From: an uncultured bacterium
Lineage (GTDB): Bacteria > Krumholzibacteriota > Krumholzibacteriia > LZORAL124-64-63
DNA length: 64,000 nt
Direction of reading: 5' to 3'
NCBI GenBank assembly: GCA_963732385.1
Contig: CAVSZB010000005.1
Location: forward strand, 320,001 to 384,000
Under the pieces are notes generated by a model that made no database searches, was not told the origin of the DNA, and worked only from the letters and a program-made list of their open reading frames with translations. The position numbers and the translations under genes are program-made. This document shows positions 41,573-50,714 of the stretch, one piece after another (the stretch's first letter is position 1; every line of letters starts with the position of its first letter).

Positions 41573-43132
41573 ATGTCCAACCACAACCCGCTCTTTTCCC
41601 GCGCCTCGGGGATCCTGCTGCACCCGACCTCCCTGCCGGGACGTTGCGGAGTCGGCAATCTCGGCGCGCCGGCGCGCCGTTTCGTCGACTGGCTGGCCGA
41701 CGCCGGCCAGAGCTGGTGGCAGGTGCTGCCACTCGGCCCGACCACCTGGGGCGACTCCCCCTACCAGACCCTCTCGGCGTTCGCCGGCAACCCGTTGCTC
41801 ATCGACCCTGACCCGTTCGTCGCCGATGGCTGGCTGACGCCCGACGAACTCGGCGCGTCGCCCCCCTTCCCGGCCGACCACGTCGACTTCGGCCGCGTGC
41901 TGCCGTTCATGAACGGGCTGCTCGATCGCGCCTGCGACCGCTTCCAGGCCCTCGCCACCGCCGCCGGGCGCGCCGAGCACGACGCCTGGATCCGCGCGCA
42001 GGCCGCCTGGCTCGACGATTGGGCTCTCTACGCCGCGCTCAAGGAGGCGCACGACGGCCTTCCCTGGCATGCGTGGCCGGCGCCCCTCGCCCGTCGCGAT
42101 CCCGCGGCGCTGACCGCGGCCCGCGCCGCGCACGCCGCGCTCGTGGCCCGCCACCGTTTCCGTCAGTGGGTCTTCCATCGGCAGTGGGCCACCCTGCGCG
42201 CCTACGCGCAGACGCGCGGCGTCCGGCTGCTGGGCGACGTGCCGATCTTCGTCGCCCACGACAGCGCCGACGTCTGGGCCCACCGCGACCTCTTCCAACT
42301 CGACGACGCCGGCCAGCCGACCGTCGTGGCGGGGGTCCCGCCCGACTACTTCAGCAAGACCGGACAGCGCTGGGGCAACCCGCTCTACCGGTGGGACGCC
42401 CTGCGCGCGCGCGGCTACGACTGGTGGATCGCGCGTTTCCGGCAGGCGCTGGCGCTCGTCGACGCCGTGCGCATCGACCACTTCCGCGGCTTCGCGGCGA
42501 ACTGGGAAATCTCCGCCGCCGAGTCGACCGCCGTGAAGGGCCGCTGGGTTCCCGGCCCCGGCGCCGAACTCTTCCACGCCGTGCGCGACGCGCTCGGCGC
42601 GCTGCCGATCGTGGCCGAGGACCTCGGCGTGATCACGCCCGACGTGGAGAAGCTGCGCGACGATCTCGACCTGCCCGGCATGAAGGTGCTGCAGTTCGCC
42701 TGGAGCGACCCGCGCAACCCGTTCCTGCCGCACGCACATGTGCCCAACGCGGTCGTCTACAGCGGCACGCACGACAACAACACCACCGTCGGCTGGTGGA
42801 ACGACGAGACCGACGCCCGCACGCGCGCCTTCCTCGCCGGCTACCTCGGCCGCACCCTCGCCGAGATCGACCGCGAGCCGCACTGGACGCTGATACGCCT
42901 CGGCATGATGTCCCCCGCGCACACGTTCATCGCCACGCTGCAGGACGTCCTCGGTCTCGGCCCCGAGGCCCGGCTCAACACCCCCGCTTCGGCCGACGGC
43001 AACTGGAGCTGGCGCGCCCTCCCCGAACAACTCGACGACCCGGCCGCGCGCCGCCTGGCCGACTGGACCAGGCTCTATCGCCGCCGCGCCGACCAGCAGA
43101 CCCCCGACGACGACGACGAGGTGCCCGCATGA
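41573..43132 (+). CDS. malQ: 4-alpha-glucanotransferase (amylomaltase, GH77)
   Basis: GILLHPTSLP, WQVLPLGP, GVPPDYFS.TGQ.WGNP, RIDHFRG, AEDLG, GTHDN. Confidence 0.95.
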   Translation: MSNHNPLFSRASGILLHPTSLPGRCGVGNLGAPARRFVDWLADAGQSWWQVLPLGPTTWGDSPYQTLSAFAGNPLLIDPDPFVADGWLTPDELGASPPFPADHVDFGRVLPFMNGLLDRACDRFQALATAAGRAEHDAWIRAQAAWLDDWALYAALKEAHDGLPWHAWPAPLARRDPAALTAARAAHAALVARHRFRQWVFHRQWATLRAYAQTRGVRLLGDVPIFVAHDSADVWAHRDLFQLDDAGQPTVVAGVPPDYFSKTGQRWGNPLYRWDALRARGYDWWIARFRQALALVDAVRIDHFRGFAANWEISAAESTAVKGRWVPGPGAELFHAVRDALGALPIVAEDLGVITPDVEKLRDDLDLPGMKVLQFAWSDPRNPFLPHAHVPNAVVYSGTHDNNTTVGWWNDETDARTRAFLAGYLGRTLAEIDREPHWTLIRLGMMSPAHTFIATLQDVLGLGPEARLNTPASADGNWSWRALPEQLDDPAARRLADWTRLYRRRADQQTPDDDDEVPA

Positions 43133-43872
43133 TCGAGATCTTCTTCCGACCCGAGGCCTGGATCAGCCTGGCCACCCTCGCCGCGATGGAAATCGTGCTC
43201 GGTATCGACAACATCGTCTTCCTGACGATCCTCGTGGGTGGCCTGCCGGAGCACCAGCGCGGCCGCGCGCGCACTCTCGGCCTGGCTCTGGCGCTCGTCA
43301 GCCGGTTGCTTCTTTTGCTCGCCATCTCCTGGGTGATGACCCTGACGACGCCCCTTTTCGCGCTGCTCGGCCAGGCTTTCTCCGGCCGCGACCTGATCCT
43401 GCTCGTGGGCGGCCTCTTCCTGGTCGCCAAGGCCACGCACGAGATCCACGCCAATCTCGAAGTCGAGACCTCCCGCCCCGACCGCCCCCGCCGCACCGCC
43501 CGCTTCGGCCTCGTGCTCGCCCAGATCGCCATCCTCGACATCGTCTTCTCCCTCGACTCCGTCGTGACCGCGATCGGCATGGCCCGGCACCTGTCGGTCA
43601 TGGTGGCCGCGATGGTGATCGCAGTGGGCGTGATGATGGTCTGCGCCGCCTCGATCGGCCGCTTCGTGGAGCGCCACCCCAGCCTGAAGATCCTCGCCCT
43701 GAGCTTTCTGATCCTCATCGGCGTCACCCTCATGGCCGACGCCCTCGGCCAGCACATCAGCAAGGGCTACATCTACTTCGCGATGGCGTTTTCGCTGGGC
43801 GTCGAGATGGTGAACATGAGGCTCGGCACCAGGAAGCAGAGTCCGGTGCATCTGCATGGGCCGGCGGCGTAG
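43129..43872 (+). CDS. TerC family membrane protein
   Basis: EIVLGIDN, DIVFSLDSV.TA.G, KGYIYFAMAFS. Confidence 0.92.
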   Translation: MIEIFFRPEAWISLATLAAMEIVLGIDNIVFLTILVGGLPEHQRGRARTLGLALALVSRLLLLLAISWVMTLTTPLFALLGQAFSGRDLILLVGGLFLVAKATHEIHANLEVETSRPDRPRRTARFGLVLAQIAILDIVFSLDSVVTAIGMARHLSVMVAAMVIAVGVMMVCAASIGRFVERHPSLKILALSFLILIGVTLMADALGQHISKGYIYFAMAFSLGVEMVNMRLGTRKQSPVHLHGPAA

Positions 43873-43886
43873 ACCGGTCTCCCTTT

Positions 43887-45206
43887 TCAAGCAACGCGGG
43901 ATCGAGACTTTCGCCAGGGCGCTCCCAGCAGCAGGCAGGAGACGGCGAACCAGGAGACGGCCACGCCCAGCATCAGGGCGGCGGGGCGGACGTACGAGAG
44001 GCCCGGGGCGTGTTCGGGCACCATGCGGGCGAGGTATGCGTTGAAATCCCCCATGGGCGACAGATGCCAGCCCAGAAAGAGGTGCGCGGCGAGAGTGAGG
44101 AACAGCCAGGCCGAGAAGCGGGCTGACGGGGCCTCCCGGCGCAGGGAGCCGATGACGGCGGCGGCGGCCGCGACCAGGGCGGGCAGAGCGTAGAGGAAGA
44201 TCCGCGACTTGTCGCAGCCGCCGCCGAGCAGGATGAGACCGATGACCGCGAGCGCGGTCCAGCCGGGGGCGGCGGCGAGAAAGTCCCTGGCCGCGCCGGG
44301 GCGCAGGAGCATGATGAAGGGGATCAGGCCCAAACCGGAGATGGTGGCGGCGAGCAGACGGGGCCAGGGCTCCGGTCGCAGGAAATCCCCGCAATAGCTG
44401 ACCACCGAGAGCAGCTGATCGGCGTGGTTCGTAGGCACGATTAGCAGGCGCAGGGCGACCAGCACTACCGTAACCGGGAGCAGGAAGAACAGGATCAGGC
44501 TGCGCAGGCCGCCGGGTGACAGGAGGCCCTGGCCCCGGCGCCACGCGGCATAGACCGCGAGCGAGAGCGGCAGGAAGGCCTCCTTGTGGAGCGCCGCCAG
44601 GGCCAGCAACGGGGGAATCCAGAACAGTCTCCCGGAGAGGGCGAGCGCCAGCAGGCCCAGCAGCAGGCACTGGGTGAGATAGTCGGGATAGGCGGGGGAA
44701 TAGGCCGGGAACTTGACGGTCCAGAAGACGCCGGCGTAGAGGAAGAGGCCCAGTAGCGAGGTCGCCGAAGCGAAGCCGGACAGGCGGAGACAGAGGTACA
44801 GCAGGGGCAGGGCGGCGGCCGCGCCGACGAAAGCGAGGCTGCGAAACGCATCCAGGGCCGGCAGAGGCAGCAGGGAGGCGAGAAACGGGGCCAGCACCCG
44901 GTAGCACCAGGGGGCCTGATGGGCGCGTGCGGCGAGCGCCGGATCCCCGGCCATGGCGCCGTACATGCGGCCATCGCTGTCCCAGCCGCCCTGAAAATCG
45001 GTCCGCGGGGTGAGAGCGAAGACGGCGGCGGCGATGACGAGCGCCAGCAGCGCGATGGGGATCAGTTCGCGGCCGGCGCAGGCGATGACCGGCGTTTCGG
45101 CTTTTCGAGGCGCGGCTTCAGTAGCGGGAGGAACAGGAGTCGGCCTCTTCCGCCCAGGTTTTTTTCCAGGCATTCCCGTCTTCTCTTCTGGATCCCTGCC
45201 GGTCAT
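43887..45206 (-). CDS. Polytopic membrane protein, possible GT-C-fold glycosyltransferase
   Basis: About 10 TMs, an acidic loop motif WDSDG..Y after TM1, P..YR.L.P, HKE; start uncertain. Confidence 0.55.
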   Translation of the reverse strand: MTGRDPEEKTGMPGKKPGRKRPTPVPPATEAAPRKAETPVIACAGRELIPIALLALVIAAAVFALTPRTDFQGGWDSDGRMYGAMAGDPALAARAHQAPWCYRVLAPFLASLLPLPALDAFRSLAFVGAAAALPLLYLCLRLSGFASATSLLGLFLYAGVFWTVKFPAYSPAYPDYLTQCLLLGLLALALSGRLFWIPPLLALAALHKEAFLPLSLAVYAAWRRGQGLLSPGGLRSLILFFLLPVTVVLVALRLLIVPTNHADQLLSVVSYCGDFLRPEPWPRLLAATISGLGLIPFIMLLRPGAARDFLAAAPGWTALAVIGLILLGGGCDKSRIFLYALPALVAAAAAVIGSLRREAPSARFSAWLFLTLAAHLFLGWHLSPMGDFNAYLARMVPEHAPGLSYVRPAALMLGVAVSWFAVSCLLLGAPWRKSRSRVA

Positions 45207-45316
45207 CTGTCTTGCCCGTCGCCGGCGACGGGAAGGGGGCATTCTAGGTCTGTGTGGTCATCCTGGCAAGTCGAGCCGCCGCGCGGGTAGCGCAGCATCG
45301 ACAGGGGTTCTCCGAT

Positions 45317-45432
45317 GTCCTTCCTGACAGCCGTTGCTACGGTAGTAACGAGTGCGCGGACCATGGCCGGCGGCGCGACCGGCACGAGCCCGCGAACTCG
45401 TTACTACCGTAGCAACGGCTGTTCGGAAGGAC
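45317..45432. repeat. Long inverted repeat made of two self-palindromic units (REPIN/MITE-like)
   Basis: Perfect 27-bp arms at 45327-45353 and 45396-45422, extended by GTCCTTCC/GGAAGGAC. Confidence 0.9.
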
Positions 45433-45491
45433 TCCGGATCGCTCGCCACGAACCCGCAAACGCGTTGCTGCCGAAGCAAAGGGGAGGGCGA

Positions 45492-47345
45492 TCATCCTGG
45501 CATGAAGAGAGCGGACAGGGCGGTTGATTGTCCAATCCCATCAATGCGGATGTCTCTCAAAAGGAAACTCAATTCTCTTTCGTCCGCGTTGATGCCGACG
45601 TCGCGCGGTATCACGGACTTGTCGGTGCTGATGATGATGGAAGCGGAATCGGATGGGGGAAGCAGAAAACTGAAAGTGAATTCCCCGCCGGGACAGTCCG
45701 TGGCGTCGACCATCCTGGATGCGACCACCGCGCCATTGGGGCGCTCCACGGTTACTTTCAGGCTGCCGCCGAAAGGCCCGTTGAGAAAGACCGCCGGGAC
45801 ATGGCCATGGAGGGACAGCTCCCTCGCCGCGCGATACCTGGCCAGGACTGTCGCCCGCTTCCCGAGCCAGTGGCTGCCATCGGGCTGCCTTTCATAGCAG
45901 CCAGCCAGGAACGCCGGGGCGGCGTCATTGGCCACGAAATCCAGTACCAGGTCATCGCCCAGTTCGGCCGCATCGCGTCCGCGTATCCTCGGGACCAGGG
46001 ACTGCGCGTCGGCACAGACCTTTTCGATGTCGGCGCATACGAAATTCCCACCCACTCCCGGCCTGTCGAGCAAAAGTATCGAGCATTTCGTCATCCATTC
46101 CTCGATGAGCTCGAGGAATTCGGCCCTGGGGATCGCCTGGCACAGGTAGCATCCCTGCGCGAAACTCTTCCAGTCCATGTCCGGGCTGACCAGCCCATGG
46201 CTCTGCGCGAAATCCCATATCTTCGTCCCCGGGAAGGGGCGCAGCTCGCCCCAGCCGGGTTTCTGGATCTTGCCATCCCGGAGGTTCCGATAGACCGCCC
46301 GCAGCGTAAGCAGAAGGTCTTCCCTGGTCTCGATCGGGGCTCCCAGAATGATACCTGGCCCCACGGAAATTCCGTATTTGTGCAGAAGATCCAGCGCCCG
46401 CTGGTTGATCTCCGCCGTACAGCCCGACTTGTTGTAGTATTCCAGGATCTTGTCGCTGAAGGATTCCAGCCCCATACCGACCTGGGTGACATTCAGCCGG
46501 ACCAGCAATCGGCAGACTTCGTCGGTGACGAGGTTGGCGCGGACCTGACAATCGAAGGCGCATCGACCGAGAATTCCCCGGGCCTCGAGCCTGGACGTCA
46601 GGTCGGAGAGCTTCTTCCTGTCGGCGATCAGGAGGTCATCGTAGATCACGATATTCCTGACCCCCTTCCGGGTCACCCAGTAGTCGATCTGCGCGGCAAA
46701 CAGGTCCATGGAGAGCGAACGGTAATTGCGAGCGAACCTGGCCGACGAACAGAAGCTGCATTTGTATGGGCACCCTCGCGCGGAAACAAGGCACATCGCA
46801 TCGGCCGGGTTGTAATACGGCAGCTCCTCGATCACGGGCTGGGGCAGGGCGTCGAGGTTCGCGATCGGCGCCCGCTCCCGGGTCCTGATCAGCTTCCCGT
46901 CGAGCCAGAACGCCAGACCTGCGATGGCCTGGAGCTTCACGGGGTCCAGGGCCCTGTGCGGCAGGTACGACCGCAGGAGTTCGACGAACGTGATTTCGCC
47001 TTCGCCAATCACTGCCGCATCGAAGCACTCGCGCAGGGACTCCGGCAGCAGCGAGATGTGGATGCCTCCGATCACCACCGGGATCCCCAACTCCCGCTTG
47101 ATTCTCTGCGCATGTTCGATCGCTATACTGTAATGATCGCTGGCGGCACTGATCCCGATGATGTCCGGTCGCTCCCTGATGAGATCATCGAGGCATTCCC
47201 GGTATATGACATCCGCATTCGGGATCTCATTATTGACGCTGGCGCCGACATAACCCAGACCCAGCGGAGCGAAGGTATTGAAACATCCCTGGGGCCGGGT
47301 GGCCAGGATCAGGCCGACCTTCAGGCGCGCGGAAACGTCAGTCAT
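45492..47345 (-). CDS. B12-binding radical SAM protein with C-terminal accessory module
   Basis: PLGLGY, VIGGIHIS..P, GEGE.T, RGCPYKCSFC, DDL, G.ES, P.PGT. Confidence 0.9.
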   Translation of the reverse strand: MTDVSARLKVGLILATRPQGCFNTFAPLGLGYVGASVNNEIPNADVIYRECLDDLIRERPDIIGISAASDHYSIAIEHAQRIKRELGIPVVIGGIHISLLPESLRECFDAAVIGEGEITFVELLRSYLPHRALDPVKLQAIAGLAFWLDGKLIRTRERAPIANLDALPQPVIEELPYYNPADAMCLVSARGCPYKCSFCSSARFARNYRSLSMDLFAAQIDYWVTRKGVRNIVIYDDLLIADRKKLSDLTSRLEARGILGRCAFDCQVRANLVTDEVCRLLVRLNVTQVGMGLESFSDKILEYYNKSGCTAEINQRALDLLHKYGISVGPGIILGAPIETREDLLLTLRAVYRNLRDGKIQKPGWGELRPFPGTKIWDFAQSHGLVSPDMDWKSFAQGCYLCQAIPRAEFLELIEEWMTKCSILLLDRPGVGGNFVCADIEKVCADAQSLVPRIRGRDAAELGDDLVLDFVANDAAPAFLAGCYERQPDGSHWLGKRATVLARYRAARELSLHGHVPAVFLNGPFGGSLKVTVERPNGAVVASRMVDATDCPGGEFTFSFLLPPSDSASIIISTDKSVIPRDVGINADERELSFLLRDIRIDGIGQSTALSALFMPG

Positions 47346-49392
47346 GCCGCCCCCCCGCCTGGAGAACCGGAATATTGATTGTCCCGTTATCAGACACCCT
47401 GTTCTCTTCCTCCATATCCTGCGAGAACCGCACGTCGCGCAGCATGATCGACAGGTCCCGATCGTCCGGGCTCCGCCCATCTTCCGAAGGGCGGAAAGTC
47501 GCGCTGCAGCTGAGCGTGACGACATGGGCCTCTTCATGGGCCGGCAACGGCACGATGACCCTGAATTCCCCGGCATTCTCGGTGAACGTGCAGCTCGCGA
47601 TCGGCCTGGCGTTGTGCCATATCTCGCAACGGAACGACTGGGTGCGATAGATTTTGAACTGGGGGTGGCACGCCAGGGTGAAGGCCATCTTCCCGGCCGG
47701 CATGCCGGGCAGATGGCGCACCGTGAAGGCTGCGTTGCGGGCCATCCAGCGCGCGCCGGAAATGTTTTCAACCGCGTAGAACCCGTCGCCGAAGCAGACG
47801 ATGGGGTCGTCCGCCAGCATGGAGAGCACCGTCCTGAGACCCGCCTGCTCTCCTGCCCGGTGGTAGTGGAACGCGAGCAGGTGCAATCCCGTCTTCAGGG
47901 TGTCACGGTACCTGAGCAGATCGAGCGTCGCGCGCATGAACCCGGGGAGATCGCCCTGCTCCAGGCATCGCAGCGCCAGATCCTTGCGATCCCCGGCTTC
48001 CTGGCCCGTGAAGGGGGCCGCGGGCGTTTGGGTCAGTGAGGCCAGCGTCGTCGCAACCGCCGTGGCGGCGTCCCACGCGAGCCCCCACACCGAGAACAAT
48101 CCCGCATTGTCGGGGCGCAGCAGGGCCGCGACCTGCTCATGCTCGTTCTTGAGCTCCTGGAAGCGCGTCTCGGAGAGAGGAGAGAAGTAGAAGTCCCTGG
48201 ACGCGGCGAAATCATCCCAGCCCATGTCTTCGGAAACGACGCCCTTCTGCACGCCGAGGTCCCAGATGGGAGTTCCCGGGTAGGGCCTCAGATTGCCGCG
48301 CGCCCAGCGCTTGATCTTGCCCTGCGCATAGTTGCTTTCCAGGGCGGAGAACGTGGCCTTGTAGTCCTCCTCCTCCTCGCCCGGCGATCCGTAGATGATG
48401 CTGAGATCGACTTCCAGACCGTGCTTGTGCAGGGTGTCGATGGCCCTTTGATTCTGCTCGGGGGTGGTGTTGCCGGCCTTCAGATATTTCAGGACCCGGG
48501 GAGAGAACGACTCGGCCCCGAACCCGACCTGCCTGCAGTTGAGCTTGTTGAGGAGCTCGCAGAGATCGTCGTCGACCAGGTTGGCGCGAACCGATCCGGA
48601 GAAGACGATCGCGCCCAGCAGCCCCTGCATCTCCAGGCGCGAGACGATCCCGCGCAGCCGTTCACGCGGCACGATGAAAAGGTCGTCGAAGAAGTGGATC
48701 TCCCGGATGCCGAACTCCCGATGGATATGTGCGATCTCCCGGACCACGTAGTCCGCGGAGAATTGCCGCAGTCCGGGCCAGAAACGGGAGCTGGCGCAGA
48801 AGGTGCAGTGATAGGGGCATCCGCGGGAGGTGAAGAGGTGCGCGCGGTCAGGCTTGTTGCCGGTCCACAGGGCGCCCCGATCGGGCAGCGGGAGCGAGTC
48901 GAGCGGCTGGATCAGCGGGCGCGGGGCGGTCATTTCCGGGACGCCGCCGCGGCGGTACATGATGCCGCGGATCAGGGCCAGGTCCTCGGCGACGAACCGT
49001 TTGTCCCTGTTCGCGAAGGCCGTCACCAGCTCGCACAGGGTCTCCTCTCCCTCCCCCAGAACCGCCAGATCCATGTCCCGGTTGAAACTCCCGGGCATCA
49101 GGGAGATATGGATCCCCCCGATGATGACAGGCAGGCCGGACCGGGCCTTGATGTCCCGCGCGCAGCGCTGGGCCAGGTGGAACCGCTCCGTGGTGGCGCC
49201 GATTCCGATGATATCGACCCCATCGTCGAGCAGCTCGTCGGTGCTCGCCCCGATAATGGTTTCGCAGAATGGCGCGTGACGTCGCAGGTAGGAAAGGAAG
49301 TAGCCGGCGGCCAGCGGAACGAGTTCGGCCTGCCGGGCCACCGGATCGGCTCCGTCGGGGAACAAAAGGCCCAGCCGGACAGGACCGATCAT
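47338..49392 (-). CDS. B12-binding radical SAM protein with C-terminal accessory module
   Basis: IIGGIHIS.MP, GEGEET, SRGCPYHCTFC, FFDDLF, GAES, PYPGT. Confidence 0.9.
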   Translation of the reverse strand: MIGPVRLGLLFPDGADPVARQAELVPLAAGYFLSYLRRHAPFCETIIGASTDELLDDGVDIIGIGATTERFHLAQRCARDIKARSGLPVIIGGIHISLMPGSFNRDMDLAVLGEGEETLCELVTAFANRDKRFVAEDLALIRGIMYRRGGVPEMTAPRPLIQPLDSLPLPDRGALWTGNKPDRAHLFTSRGCPYHCTFCASSRFWPGLRQFSADYVVREIAHIHREFGIREIHFFDDLFIVPRERLRGIVSRLEMQGLLGAIVFSGSVRANLVDDDLCELLNKLNCRQVGFGAESFSPRVLKYLKAGNTTPEQNQRAIDTLHKHGLEVDLSIIYGSPGEEEEDYKATFSALESNYAQGKIKRWARGNLRPYPGTPIWDLGVQKGVVSEDMGWDDFAASRDFYFSPLSETRFQELKNEHEQVAALLRPDNAGLFSVWGLAWDAATAVATTLASLTQTPAAPFTGQEAGDRKDLALRCLEQGDLPGFMRATLDLLRYRDTLKTGLHLLAFHYHRAGEQAGLRTVLSMLADDPIVCFGDGFYAVENISGARWMARNAAFTVRHLPGMPAGKMAFTLACHPQFKIYRTQSFRCEIWHNARPIASCTFTENAGEFRVIVPLPAHEEAHVVTLSCSATFRPSEDGRSPDDRDLSIMLRDVRFSQDMEEENRVSDNGTINIPVLQAGGRHD

Positions 49393-49399
49393 GTCCGCC

Positions 49400-50713
49400 T
49401 CATCTCGGAACCGCCTCGAGGCGGCGCGAATCCTTGAGCAGGCCCGCCGCGACCGCGAGTTCAACGGCCATGATCCGGTCCGCCAGCGGAAAGGTCGGTG
49501 TCTCGAAGTAGATGACGGTGTTGCCACCGTCGATCCTCCGGTCGAAATGGTGCGGCTGGTCAAGCATCAGATTGTTCCTGAGCACATGTTCACGCAGGGC
49601 CGTGCCGGGAAACGGTATGGCGCAGCTCATGTTGACATCCTCGAATTTGTGGCGCAGCGCGAAATCGATCGTCTTCTTCACCGTTTCCAGCGTGTCTCCG
49701 ATGTTCCCGATGATGAACTGGCCCACGATCCCGATGCCGTTGTCGCGCAGGTGCCGGATGCCTCTTTCGATGTCCTCGATGGTTTCGCCCTTGCACATGA
49801 GCCTGAGCGATTCGTTGTCCGCGGACTCGATTCCGATGCTCGTCCCGACCACTCCGGCGTCGCGCATGGCCCTGGCGGTCTCGGCGTCGAGGCGATCGGC
49901 GCGCATGCCCCGCGGGAAGTACCGGAACGGGTAGCTCTTGAAGATCTTCATCAACGCCAGGGTCCGCTCCCTGCGCATGTTGAACATGTCGTCGTTGATC
50001 GACACGATCAGGCTGCGGTCCTCGTGCTCATATATCCAGCGGAGTTCCTGGTCGATTCTCTCGAGTGGCTTGAACCGGATCGTCCTTCCGAAAATCTCAT
50101 GGCCTATGCAGAAATGGCAGTTGTTCGGGCAGCCCCGCGAGGTGGACAGGGAGTGCGCGTTCCACGTCGCGTCGATATATATGTCGCGCAGGGGGATGGG
50201 CAGTTCGGACGCGGACAGGAGCTTGCGGGACGGGTTCCGGACTATTGCGGTGCCTTGCCGGAAAGTGATGCCCTCGATGCCCGCCCAGGGGGCGCCGGCA
50301 AGGATCTCGGCGCAGGATTCCTCGCCCTCGCCGTGGACGCAGATGTCCATGTCCGGGATCTCCGCCAGCAGTTCCTCCGTACCGAGCGTCGCGTGGGGTC
50401 CCCCGGCCATGAAGACGATGTCGGCGCGCCGGGCCTTGATCCTGGATATGAGCCCCCGGGCGTACTGGGTCGCCGATTCGTCGCTGGTCACGAAGAAGCC
50501 CACATAGCGATAGCCGTACTCCTCGATCGCGCGCACGATGGATTCGTCATCGCACTGCGATGTCAGCACCGCGTGGCTTGCCAGACCGCGCTCCCTGAGC
50601 CGCGCCGCCACCGCGGATATCCCCTGGTGGACGATGCGCTCGTTCGACATCCCCCGGTCGGGGTTGATGAACAGGATCGCGGGATCTTTCGGCAGGTCAT
50701 ATCCCTGTCTCAT
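49400..50713 (-). CDS. B12-binding radical SAM protein
   Basis: AGGPHAT, GEGEE, SRGCPNNCHFC, NDDMF, GIES, PFPGT. Confidence 0.9.
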   Translation of the reverse strand: MRQGYDLPKDPAILFINPDRGMSNERIVHQGISAVAARLRERGLASHAVLTSQCDDESIVRAIEEYGYRYVGFFVTSDESATQYARGLISRIKARRADIVFMAGGPHATLGTEELLAEIPDMDICVHGEGEESCAEILAGAPWAGIEGITFRQGTAIVRNPSRKLLSASELPIPLRDIYIDATWNAHSLSTSRGCPNNCHFCIGHEIFGRTIRFKPLERIDQELRWIYEHEDRSLIVSINDDMFNMRRERTLALMKIFKSYPFRYFPRGMRADRLDAETARAMRDAGVVGTSIGIESADNESLRLMCKGETIEDIERGIRHLRDNGIGIVGQFIIGNIGDTLETVKKTIDFALRHKFEDVNMSCAIPFPGTALREHVLRNNLMLDQPHHFDRRIDGGNTVIYFETPTFPLADRIMAVELAVAAGLLKDSRRLEAVPR

Positions 50714-50714
50714 T

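Noticed and set aside
45317..45432. CRISPR repeat or complete IS element
   Set aside because: There are only two units, in inverted orientation, with no cas or transposase gene and no target-site duplication.
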